DNA of 64,000 nt from a virus. Below are positions 19,958-30,800 of this stretch, piece after piece. Location: IMG/VR virus record IMGVR_UViG_3300042448_002155, positions 32,001-96,000 of that record; one strand, 5' to 3'. Both the position numbers and the translations under genes were made by a program. A model generated the notes under the pieces. That model was not told the DNA's origin. It did no database searches and was given only the letters and a program-made list of their open reading frames with translations. The stretch's first letter is position 1. Each line of letters begins with the position of its first letter.

Positions 19958-22900
19958 TTAATAAGATCGGGCTATCGATTGATATGGGTCTCTTGCCACA
20001 TCCGGGATTCTATTATACATAGTACTGTTAATACTCCCATTAGTGAGTCCCGATGCTGCTGCACTAAATTTTTGTATTTGGTCCCTATCGCCAAATAGGG
20101 AGACCTTATAATTCATGCCCGCAGTAAAGCCTTGACCTCGTGCCTGTGGAATTTCTGACATTCTCTTTGGATAGTCGGACTCATAAGCTGATCCTCCTGG
20201 CAAAAGGGGTGGGCCGGACATGGCTTCCTGAGTGTGATCTTTTTTGTTTTGATATAAAAAGCTAGCTGCTATAGCTATTCCAGCACCTATGGCTGCATTG
20301 CGGACTCCGGGTTTGGCGAACTGCTCTGCTAGATATTGTTTGTTCATTCTTTTGTACATCGATTGTGAGGCAGTTGATTTCTTTACCTGCGACAGGTCCC
20401 TAAGGGTGTCTGCAACAACTCCTGGAGTTGTTTCTGTTATATCATCTGCGGAAGAAAGAATTCTACTTGAAGCTAAATCTCCATTTAAGAAGGCTGCAGC
20501 TTCCTTGTCTGCCTGTGCATTCAATTCAAAGGCAGTTTTATTTCTTAGCGCTCTAGCTATTTGCTGTTCTTCCATAGTGCCTGCCCCTTCCTCGGCCTGG
20601 CCTTTTATGATTGATGAAATAACAGAAGAAGTTTTGCCTGTTCCAAAAAAGTCATCTGCAAAATCTAAGTCCAGCGCATCATCCATGATGCCTGCCTTTT
20701 GAGTATCGGACATATTGCCAAAAATGTCATCGACGTATTGTCTTAGTTGAAGGTTCTTAGTTGACTTTTCGTATATAGCCTTTTGATCTGACATTTGCAT
20801 ATACCTATGAAAGAGATTAAGGCTCTCATTGTCTATGTTTGTTGATGAGTCTGGAAGTTTTGTAAAAAACTCTGGAGCTATTTTTCTTCTTAATCCGCCA
20901 TATTGAAGGGCGCTAGTTAGTTCATACCCAGATATGCCCATTGATTTTTGCACGTCTTGAAGATTTCTTAGTAAATTATCTCCCAGTTCTATTTTTTTTA
21001 TCTCTAATGCTATTTTTGATGATTCTGCAAAAGAGCCACTTTGTATTTCGTCAGCTAAACTTTGTACTGCTTTTATTCTTTCTTGATTTTCGTCTAATAT
21101 TTTTTCTGCTGCAATTCGTGATCTTTCGCTTGTCCTGGAGACTAGCTCTTGTTCTTGACTGATTTGCGCATTTCTTCCCAGTTTTGCCATGGCTTCTAGG
21201 TAATAGTTTGAAGTATTAGCTACGTCTACTATCTCAGAGAGTGATCCTTTTGCTATAATTCCTCTGGCCCTTAAAACTTTTTCTACTTCGTCATATTGTT
21301 GAGATTCTACGGCTTTATTAATGTCAGTTACATCTGCAGCGTTGTCTGCCTCCAACATCCCTGCTGATAAACTTCTTGCAAAATTTATAAGATCATTCTT
21401 ATTCATTTTTTTACTAGTTAAGAAAGCTTCATCGAGTACAAGGGCCTTACGTGGATCCATTGGATCCATTCCATCAAGTTTGTGTTTTTGCCTTAAGTAA
21501 CCAAACATTTTTCCATACTGTTGCATTGTTTTGTCGCCAAAATCATTTAGGTTAGTTTCTTTTCCGTATAATTCTTTTAGTACTTTTACTCCCAAGTTTG
21601 GATCTCCATTTGCAAGCTTAGTAGTTTGCCCCAACAGCATTCGTCCAGATGTAAAAGTTTGCGTCATGTCAATGACGGTTTCAGCTGGAGTAAAAGCTAA
21701 CATTAGCTTCTTATTTATCAAGTCCTCTTGTATGCCAGGAATTGTCCCCAGCATGTCTTCCATCTGCCTTAGGCCATGTCCAACCACAGTAGCTCTATTA
21801 ATGTACTGTCCAAGGATGTTTGTATTTTCTATTGCTGAGTCAATACTCTTATTTATGAAAGATTTTCCTAGTGCAATACTTTTTTGTTCAGGGCTAATAT
21901 TTAACGCATTGACTGTCTTATAAAACTTATCTGATAAACTTTGTATTTCCCTATCGGCGTCTTCAAGATCAACTCCGCCTAAATTTAAACGATTTTTTCT
22001 TTGATCTTTTAATTCTTTCGTCATCTGTTGAAGTTGACTTTTTTGCGATCTACTTATCAGGCTCATGCTATCTAGACTTGATAAGACTTCTTGTTCGAGT
22101 GGCATTTCTGCCACTTCTGCCACTAGCCTCTGGAACCCAAGTGACATTAGTCCTGGATCTTGGTCACCTAAAGCGATTAATTTTGTTGCAGAGAAATGAG
22201 TAACTCCTTCTGTGCCATCGTCTAAAGTTCCAAAAACTCCTAATTTTTTAAAAAAGTTTTTATTAAAATCTCGCATTCCGCCAGTTCTAACACCATTGTC
22301 GAACTTAGCGCCGCTTAAGATGTCATTAACCTCAATGGTTAATTGTTCAATTGTACCCATCATTGAACTATTTATGACATCATCTGAAACTCCAGATCCG
22401 TCAAATGCCATTTTTAATCCAAGAAATTTAGAATCTCCTTTAGCCATCTCATCCAAAGTCTTCATAAAGAATCTATTGCCACCAAAAATTTCACGATAGC
22501 TTTCTATGTCCTCAAACCTAGTAAGGCCAATAACTTCGCCCATTGAAGTAGGCTGACGGACCATGGCGGCACCTAGTCTGCGCTTACCTTCAGACATATA
22601 GGTTCCAAGTATAGGCAATCCCTTATCGTCTAAGTCGAAACCTCCTAGTGCATGATAGAACTTTCTAATGTCATCTTCATGAAATAAAATATTATGATTA
22701 GAAACTCTGAACTGCGCAATCTGTGCGGAAATTTCATCGCCAGCTTCACCTATCGTTACCTTAATCGGCTTTCCTGATAATATCTTTGTTGGGTCAATGT
22801 CAATTGACTTTCCTGATAGCGTCTTTCTTCCAGTAGTTCCAGTCATTGCATTTGCTTCCGAGTTAAGAGCAAATCTATATACATCACCAACCACTGGAAG

Positions 22901-24811
22901 TCTCTGCCCATTTTTTGTTTTATACAACTCAGCTTCATAGTATTTTTTTAACAGATTTAAATATTCTGGAGAATCATTAATGCTTATACCACTTCTATGC
23001 AGATCTAAGATTCTTTGCGCAAAGTCTCTATTTAACATTTTTGAAAATTGCTGAGGTTCCGCAAACTGTTCAATATCTTGTTGTGCAAGTTTTTTAATCC
23101 CCTGCAAAACTTCACTGTTATCGGTTAAGCGCCCACTTTCCAATATCCCCTTAAATTCATCTAACACATTTCTTGAGTACTTGCTGGATATTGCTATATC
23201 TTCTGTGTTTCCAAATATTGCGTCATGGAAAGAAGCCAACATTGGGTCCGTGTACACTCTAGAAGTGGATTCAGCTAGTCCGCTTAGATTTAATACAGGA
23301 GTACCTGCTGCTATTCCTGTTTCTTTCTTTAATCCACTAATTGATGTTATGATTCCATACTTCTCAAATCTTTTTGAAAAATTTTTAAATTGAGCCGCTG
23401 ACTTATAAGAGTAATCAACACCGCCAATTCGCACAGAACCTCTAACCGTACCCTGAGATAAACCTATGGCCTCTCCGTCTTTTATATTTAGCTCAGATAA
23501 CTGCCTTCTTAATTCAACCTTACGAATCATTGATTGTTCATCCCTATTTTGGGTTAGACTCCCCAATTCTTGGTGCAAGGTTTTTCTTAATTCACTTGCA
23601 AATTTTGTATTGATTAACGATGAACCATCTCGACCTTTCTCCAACTCATCTAGCAGGCTCTTAATAACTCCGCTTGTTTCATCATCAATTAAACTTGAAT
23701 TGTTAGGGTCGTTTAGGAACTTTTTTATTTCATTGGTGCCGAATATGCCCTTATCGGAGTCATTCTTTCCGTCTCTAATAATATCTTTTACGAGATTTTC
23801 TAGTGAATTAAGTATTTTTGTTTTATCTAAATTTGACGTCGGTGTTGTCCGAGATTTAATTATTTCATCTAATACATTATTAACATAACTGCTTGCTTCT
23901 TCAACCGCTGTTCCGCCACCCTTATACTGAAAAGATTCTTCCATAAATGCTCTTACGTCAAATTGCTTTGTGCCTAGGGCAAAGTTCTTAGCGGTGTCCT
24001 GATCAAAGCCTAAGGCTATTGTCTCAAACACATTGTCCATAGCAAGAGTGGCTTGTGATAATTCATCCATTATTCCTTTAGGCCCAAAAACTGTAGGCTT
24101 GCTCAGGAACGATTTCATGAGGTCTCCGGATATGGAAATATCTCTTGGAGAAAGAACACCTTTTAATCTTTTTGGAAGCTTTGCAAATAATTTAGATAAG
24201 CCTTCGTTTCCACCTTTTAATGCTTTATCTAATTCGTCTGGAGTGAACAAAGGTCTTCCGCCTTTGGACATTGCCTCTAGGGTTTCCTCCATTGACAATA
24301 CTCGATCACCTTGGCGAAGACTAAGAGCCATTCCACCCTCATCGGTAGGAAATATTAATCCAGCCTTTTGATTTTTCATGTCCTGAAGGAATTTTCCAAT
24401 ACTTTCAGAGCCAGCTTCTGCTTTATGAATTTTGATTTGAGCACCGTATTGCTGATCTCCAGTCAACCCTAATGCTTCATTAATATCCATGAGCACCTGC
24501 CCGTAACCCCTGTACGTGGAAGGGCCAAGAGTTCCTGGCTCGATATTTACTAGCTCAGTCAATCCAAAGCTAGATACATGCTGCGCAACCTCTTCTATTG
24601 AATCGGATACGAACTGTGCTGATTGGCCTGCCTTTAGCCTTAGGGGGTCAATGTAGGTTGATTTAAATTTTAATTTTCCGTCAACATCAACAACTTCTAT
24701 CAATCCTTTTTGGCCAAGATAGCTTTTACTTAAAGCCTGTTTGGCTAAAAGTAATCGTCTCTCCCTTGGCATGGGAGATAGGTATGACTGAATATAATCA
24801 GATACAGACAT
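19958..24811 (-). CDS. Large virion protein with putative single-subunit two-barrel RNA polymerase-like core and C-terminal hydrophobic segment
   Basis: Ordered motifs RDGSSLI, R-IGG...YK, SGLKKE, GGFDLDD, RQPT..GE, LGQYIN, ETVID; hydrophobic AAIGAGIAIAASFLY near the C-terminus; TAATG overlap with the tape measure gene. Confidence 0.55.
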   Translation of the reverse strand: MSVSDYIQSYLSPMPRERRLLLAKQALSKSYLGQKGLIEVVDVDGKLKFKSTYIDPLRLKAGQSAQFVSDSIEEVAQHVSSFGLTELVNIEPGTLGPSTYRGYGQVLMDINEALGLTGDQQYGAQIKIHKAEAGSESIGKFLQDMKNQKAGLIFPTDEGGMALSLRQGDRVLSMEETLEAMSKGGRPLFTPDELDKALKGGNEGLSKLFAKLPKRLKGVLSPRDISISGDLMKSFLSKPTVFGPKGIMDELSQATLAMDNVFETIALGFDQDTAKNFALGTKQFDVRAFMEESFQYKGGGTAVEEASSYVNNVLDEIIKSRTTPTSNLDKTKILNSLENLVKDIIRDGKNDSDKGIFGTNEIKKFLNDPNNSSLIDDETSGVIKSLLDELEKGRDGSSLINTKFASELRKTLHQELGSLTQNRDEQSMIRKVELRRQLSELNIKDGEAIGLSQGTVRGSVRIGGVDYSYKSAAQFKNFSKRFEKYGIITSISGLKKETGIAAGTPVLNLSGLAESTSRVYTDPMLASFHDAIFGNTEDIAISSKYSRNVLDEFKGILESGRLTDNSEVLQGIKKLAQQDIEQFAEPQQFSKMLNRDFAQRILDLHRSGISINDSPEYLNLLKKYYEAELYKTKNGQRLPVVGDVYRFALNSEANAMTGTTGRKTLSGKSIDIDPTKILSGKPIKVTIGEAGDEISAQIAQFRVSNHNILFHEDDIRKFYHALGGFDLDDKGLPILGTYMSEGKRRLGAAMVRQPTSMGEVIGLTRFEDIESYREIFGGNRFFMKTLDEMAKGDSKFLGLKMAFDGSGVSDDVINSSMMGTIEQLTIEVNDILSGAKFDNGVRTGGMRDFNKNFFKKLGVFGTLDDGTEGVTHFSATKLIALGDQDPGLMSLGFQRLVAEVAEMPLEQEVLSSLDSMSLISRSQKSQLQQMTKELKDQRKNRLNLGGVDLEDADREIQSLSDKFYKTVNALNISPEQKSIALGKSFINKSIDSAIENTNILGQYINRATVVGHGLRQMEDMLGTIPGIQEDLINKKLMLAFTPAETVIDMTQTFTSGRMLLGQTTKLANGDPNLGVKVLKELYGKETNLNDFGDKTMQQYGKMFGYLRQKHKLDGMDPMDPRKALVLDEAFLTSKKMNKNDLINFARSLSAGMLEADNAADVTDINKAVESQQYDEVEKVLRARGIIAKGSLSEIVDVANTSNYYLEAMAKLGRNAQISQEQELVSRTSERSRIAAEKILDENQERIKAVQSLADEIQSGSFAESSKIALEIKKIELGDNLLRNLQDVQKSMGISGYELTSALQYGGLRRKIAPEFFTKLPDSSTNIDNESLNLFHRYMQMSDQKAIYEKSTKNLQLRQYVDDIFGNMSDTQKAGIMDDALDLDFADDFFGTGKTSSVISSIIKGQAEEGAGTMEEQQIARALRNKTAFELNAQADKEAAAFLNGDLASSRILSSADDITETTPGVVADTLRDLSQVKKSTASQSMYKRMNKQYLAEQFAKPGVRNAAIGAGIAIAASFLYQNKKDHTQEAMSGPPLLPGGSAYESDYPKRMSEIPQARGQGFTAGMNYKVSLFGDRDQIQKFSAAASGLTNGSINSTMYNRIPDVARDPYQSIARSY

Positions 24812-27800
24812 TATCTAACACCGGCATTAATATCAATTTGCTCCGATCCAAAAGGATTCATAACTGGGATAACAGACCCTGATACTCCCATGCCACTCAT
24901 GAGTGATCTCAATCTTGATGCGGTGTCCGTTTGAGATCCAGATCCACCACCAAATCTAGGATAGCTAGGATTAGATAAACTAGCTTCCTGTAGCTGTTGA
25001 GGATAGTAACCCATCTGCGACATTTCTAGACCCATGCTTTGACCAATTTTTATTTTAACTTGATCCATACTAGTGTTTGGGTGCCAACCCTCCCAGCTTT
25101 CATCTGGTAGTTCGTGTCTAGCAAAGTAGTCAGTTAACTCTGGCCTCTTCTCTACATCCATACCCCAGGCTGCTTCATATATTCTTCTTTCAAGCCTTCC
25201 TGCTGTATCTAATATTCTTTTTCTTTCCTCTACGGGAGCATTAATCATGGCTTTAAAATGTTCTCTTTTTCTTTTGGGTATAGATAGAGAAAGCGATTCT
25301 ACATCAGTTCCATATTTTCCTGAATTTATATCTTCTATTGGAGCGCCGTACATTGTTCTCTTAGCCGCCGATTCATACTGGAAAGCTGCTCCCTTATCTC
25401 CAGCCATGTTAGCCATCTTAGCTAATCTAGTATTTTTAGTATAATTTAAAATGTCTGCATATTCTTCTAACGCAAGTTCTTTCTTTCTCGTTCTTGGTAT
25501 AAACTTTTCTCCAGTAATGGCCTCATTGGCCGAATGCAATGATGAGACGGTAAGCCCTGTTATTGCTCCTAATGTGGACATCACCAATTTACCCTTAGAG
25601 GTTTCTCCGAAAAATGAACCAGCTACTGCTAATGCAGCTGTTGCAGATATAGGATCTCTATTGCCAGCCTTATTTATCATTGGGGCTATGAAACTTTCAA
25701 AAGGTCTTTGCCATTCTGGGAAGGTTGCCCCGTATACGTTATTTCTTTCCCAATCCTCAGTTGCAGTTTGTTTGTTTACAAACTTCTTATTAATAAAAGT
25801 GTCTTTATGGGCCAGCATTTCGCCCATTCTGCCAAGAGCATGTACATTTGGATTAACGCCCATTTGCTCTGGAGTACTATTCTTGTATTTATATTCAGTA
25901 AATTCTTTTTTCTGTTGTAATGACGCTGATCGTTCTCTGAGTTCTTGAACTTTTAATTTATCTGCGGGGCCGTTCACCATCGAGTCTATGGTTTTATCTA
26001 GCGATCTGAATTGCTTTGAATACGGGGCAACATCGCCAAGTATCTTATATTGATCCATAACCCCATAGCGACCAGAGGCATCGGAGCTGAGTCTATTTAG
26101 TCTTTCATAGGCTACTCCTGGTAGTCTAAGTTCTCCTTCTGGGACTTTTGCAAACGGGTCACCCGTGGTAAAGTCAGTAAAGTATTCTGACCCAGGAAGA
26201 AATGGATACTGTCTTCCCATTGTATTCTTAATTGGGTTTATATAATCAACGCCAGATCTTTCTTTGGGTATAAATCTTCTTGTTATTTCGGAAAACTCGA
26301 TAGAACCTATTTGGCCTCCGCCTAACATAGGCACGTCCCCCAGGCCTCCTAGGTTCAGATCCCAAAATTGTCTTCCAGTTCCATACGCTTTAGAGGCTGA
26401 TTGTAATACTGATCTTTGAGGTGCAAAATCTCTTTGGCCTAATCCAAAACTTTCTCGCACACTGCTTGCTGCGAAACCATAAATTCCTAACATTTCTTGA
26501 GCCCTATATCCAAATTCTTGTGCTTGGATTTGTGGGTTACCAACACTCAATGGACTGCCAGCAGGTACGATTCGTTGGGGCATAATTCCAGATACTTTAG
26601 GTGGGCCATAAGCCATCTGCATGTATTGATTATTTATACCTGATATTGTATTTCTAGTTTCATTTCTTGCGGTGTTAAGGGATCCAGCCCTTCCTGCTAA
26701 CATTGCGTTAGAAGACGCCTGTGCGCCGTTTGGAGGGCCTCCAAAGCCTCCCATGGTCATTCCACCAGCAACTCCGCCCATACCGCCAAAAACGCCACCT
26801 CTGCCGTTAATGTATGGGTCTGCATTATATGCTCCAGACTGACCAGCCGGTGCATAGTTAGCTAGGCCTGCTGCCACTTCCTGTTGGTGCATCATCGTTT
26901 GAGGTTTCAGTATTTTACCGACAGTAGCATTTAAGGCTGGAACAAGAGGTCCGAATGGTCCACTGAAATATTCGCCAGATACAGGATATGGCCTATCTTC
27001 AAAATGCTTTCGCTCATAGCGATATGGATCAAATGGCCTAAGCGGAGAAATATCAGTATGGAACAATGCTCTTTCTATTGGGCTCCCCATATTATCTGAG
27101 GTAAACATTGCTCCAGCTTCTAATTTTCTGTATATACTTGGGCGGTAGTACATAATTTTTCCACCCATAAATGGAGTATTGCCTAACGGCCAAAACCGGC
27201 CTTGCCTAATAGCAACTTCGCCCTCAAATAATTGTTCTTTCTTTTCTTGAAAATTCATTCCACCGGGAGTAATGCCAGAACCAAGAGCTTGCAGATTTCC
27301 TACTGCTTTAGCAGCTCCGCCGATAAAGAATGGCGAGTAAACCCTTTCTCCCCTATCGTCCTTTTCATTGACCATGCCACCGATAGTTCTATCGACGGTC
27401 ATTACTCCTAAGCCAGCGCCATAAAGTGGTAGAACTCTTTTGCCCACCATTCCACTTGTAAATAGACCTATGGGAGAACCATATTGTGAGACATTAAGCT
27501 GTAAGCCAATAGTTCCAAAATATTTATTTAATCTTTCAATGCTATGCGACATTGCCGTAGATGCGCTGGAGTAGCTTTCTACGCTACTGTAGGTATTAAT
27601 TCCTAGTGCGCTTTTAACAGCGCCATATGGATTTTTGGCAAAGACGGTTCCAAAGGTTGGAACTAGAAGAGTGTCAGTTGCTGGACCCATAGCTGACCCA
27701 AGAGCATCACTAGATGATTCCGATATTCGGTAGGGGGCTGTGCTAAGTCTTGGATAAAGTGCTTTTTTGATTAATCCAGACTTTCCTACTTCTCCTATTC

Positions 27801-30800
27801 TTTGTGAGGTTCCAGTGACAAAAGGATCCAGTAAACCTTCAGCGCCCTTAAGAGTCTCTGCAGTGTTTCTTAACGCTCCTCTCTGTACTGCCAATTCGCT
27901 CAGTCCAGCTTTATTTGCTCTCATGGAACTTATATTGAATAGCGTAGCGAGTCCGGCGGCTTGTGCTTCTGCTAGCTGGCCAGGTGGCAGTTCTTTAGCC
28001 ATTGCGGTAAGAACATTGTTTAGCTCAATGAAAGTATTGGAGAAATTTTTTCCAGCTGCCCCAGCTGAGCTCGATGCTAGTAGCTCATTTCTTTGAATTA
28101 AATATTTATATAACTCGTCCTTGAGTGCATCTTCTCTTGTTAAGATTGTCGGGCTTGTAGATCTAATATGAGATCCTGAAAGTAGGTCATCTTTTTGTAG
28201 CAGATTTTGGATCCTGCTACCCGCCTGCTCCAGCGTCTGAGTTTCGTATCCCATTTGTCTTATTCTTGAAGCGTCGTGAAACCTTGCCTGAAGAACGTCG
28301 TTAGCAAATTGCTGAGTATCTTGAACATTATTAAGAGAAGAAACTCTTCTACCATTAAATAATCCTATGCCAGAATCCTCAAGGCGCGTCATTACTCTTC
28401 TTGGGAATGGATTTTTGAAGGATTGATTTCTGAAGTTTTCAAATGCACGCAACATTTGGCCTTCAGTAATCATTTCCTGTCCAGTGCCGGGAGATATACC
28501 TGTAACTGCGCCAGTATCATCTGCGAAGTTTAATTTGAACTGCTTACCCTTGGCTTCGACTGTTTCATTCTTAAGAAGACGCGCAAAAAAGGCTGGGTTT
28601 TCTGGATCAGTTTTTCTTTTTGCAAATCTTGACAACATGCGCCCAATTGAATTGGGTTGCTCATAATCAACGTCAAACTTCTGCCTGAGGGCCAGTTCTC
28701 TTTCTGGACTAACTCCAAGCCTCTTTAATAGATTTGATCTATTTTTACCATCAGCAAATTCTAATTCATTAAGCGATTTAGCCTTACCCTCTGAGGCTGC
28801 GTTTCTAGCAGACCTTGAGAGCATTTCGTTACTTCTTCTTGAGAGTGGCCTATAAAAACCTTGTAGTTCTTTTGCTTCGAATTCACCCGTAAGCGATCCC
28901 TGCTTAAAAGCCATTACATTGCTTTTACTTTTACCTCCACCATATGATAGATAAAAATCTGCGCCTTGTTCTCCCTTGGGAAGGAATGGTTGAGATATCT
29001 TGCCCTGTTGTATTTGAAAAAATGTACTTCCTGACATTTCATCAAATGAACCCTTTCCAAGCATTCGTGCTGGGTTGAAGTTGACTATGGGAATTTTTAA
29101 ATCATTAGCTAAAAAGTTACCAATGTTTGATACAGATTGTTTTAGTCCAGAAAAATCTAATACATTTCCAGATCGAGTAGTGTACATACCTTTCATTACG
29201 GAAACGCTAGATGATGTAGTGGTCGGGTCTGCTAACGCCATCCTCTTAGAGATTTCACCAAGTGCGACTCGTTCGTCTGCCCCAAGCCCCGCAAACAGAC
29301 CTTTGCTAACTCCTTCATCTAGGGTCATAGCTTTTAGTCCGAATACATTAAAGCCACCACTAAATATACCCGTACCTATTTGTTTTTCTCTAACTAAGAA
29401 ACTTCTTAGGCTGTCTAAATTGTCGGTATCTAAACCTCTTTTTCCTAACCTTTCAGCCAGTACTGCATTAGATACTTCTCTGCCGTTTGCATCTTTTAGA
29501 TTAATGCCTAATCTCTGTGCTGATCTTTTAATTAAAAAATCTTTTTTAGAAACTGATAAATTATTTAAATCTGCAAAGTCTTCAAAGTTTGCTTTTTTAG
29601 TTTTTAGAACTTTTGACGCTGCTCGAGGAATTCCATTCTCTAGTACAGAGTTCCATCCCTTTTCTGCCTTTGACATTATCGCGGCTTGAAATTCTTTTCC
29701 TTCAAATATTCTATTAGTATTTTCTATAGATGTTTTCAGGGCGTCCGTACTAAGAAAGCCTCCCTCAATCGGATCATCTACTGTTGTTGAAAATCTTTTT
29801 AATATTTCATCAAAAGCGTCGTCGCCCTCTTTTATGATTTTAGTTTTGCCAATAGTTATTTTTCTGCTAGTTTCCGTAGCTGAACTACTAACACTTATAT
29901 CATCTATGAATTTTCCTAACGTTTCAGAAAATCCCTGTCGGCTAGAGTTAGGTGTTAAATCTAATATTTGCTTTTGAAGTAGCTTCTTATATTCTACCTG
30001 CTCTATTGATCTATGGAATTCTGAACCACTAAACGACTTACTTCCAACTCCTCCGCCTCCAGTATTAGCTATCTTATTAGCTAGCCTAGATGTACCGCTA
30101 GAAAAGTTTGCTTGCACAGACTTAACTATGCCGACTAGGTCATCGGATGTCATTCCATCTTTACGTAGTGCCCCGCCCTTACGTAGTGCTGCATCAAAGC
30201 TTAACGCTTTATTTACTACGTCATATCCAATTCCAGTTTCTTTGAATTTGTTTACACCCTGATTGACTGCTCCGCCGACTCCCCTTAGTCCGGGTATTAG
30301 ATCTACATAACCAAAATTACCATCTGCCCCATCACCAAACGCTAACCTTCGACCAAATATAGCAGCCCTCTTTAAGGTATTATCATCTGCAGAGTTCGCT
30401 AAAGCCTGTCTAGCGTTGGTATTTCTTACGCTATGCAGGACTTCAGTTATGTTTGGACGGTTTTCGTAATACTTAGTCGTTGCTGCTCTAATGCCCGCTG
30501 AGGTTTGAGAGGAAACTTTTAAAGCCTGGTTTGTTATTTTACCTAAGTCATGACCTACTTCTCCAAGAATATCATCTAAGTCAGTGAATCGCTGAGCTGC
30601 TTTTGTCTTAAAGGAACTAACCCCAGACGACCTTGCAACGTCTCCCATTGATTGCCTGAAGTTATGAAGAGATGATCTTGCATTGCCTGCTGCTGCCCCA
30701 GCTAACTCAAATGGCAGGATCATAGTAGCTAAAGCTATTGATGATTCTTTAATAAAATCTGTAACAACATCTACTGGATTGTACCAATTAACCTTAGGCT

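Noticed and set aside
30161-30189. TTACGTAGTGC direct repeat in the tape measure
   Set aside because: Short coding duplication (ALRKGGALRK) with no evidence of function
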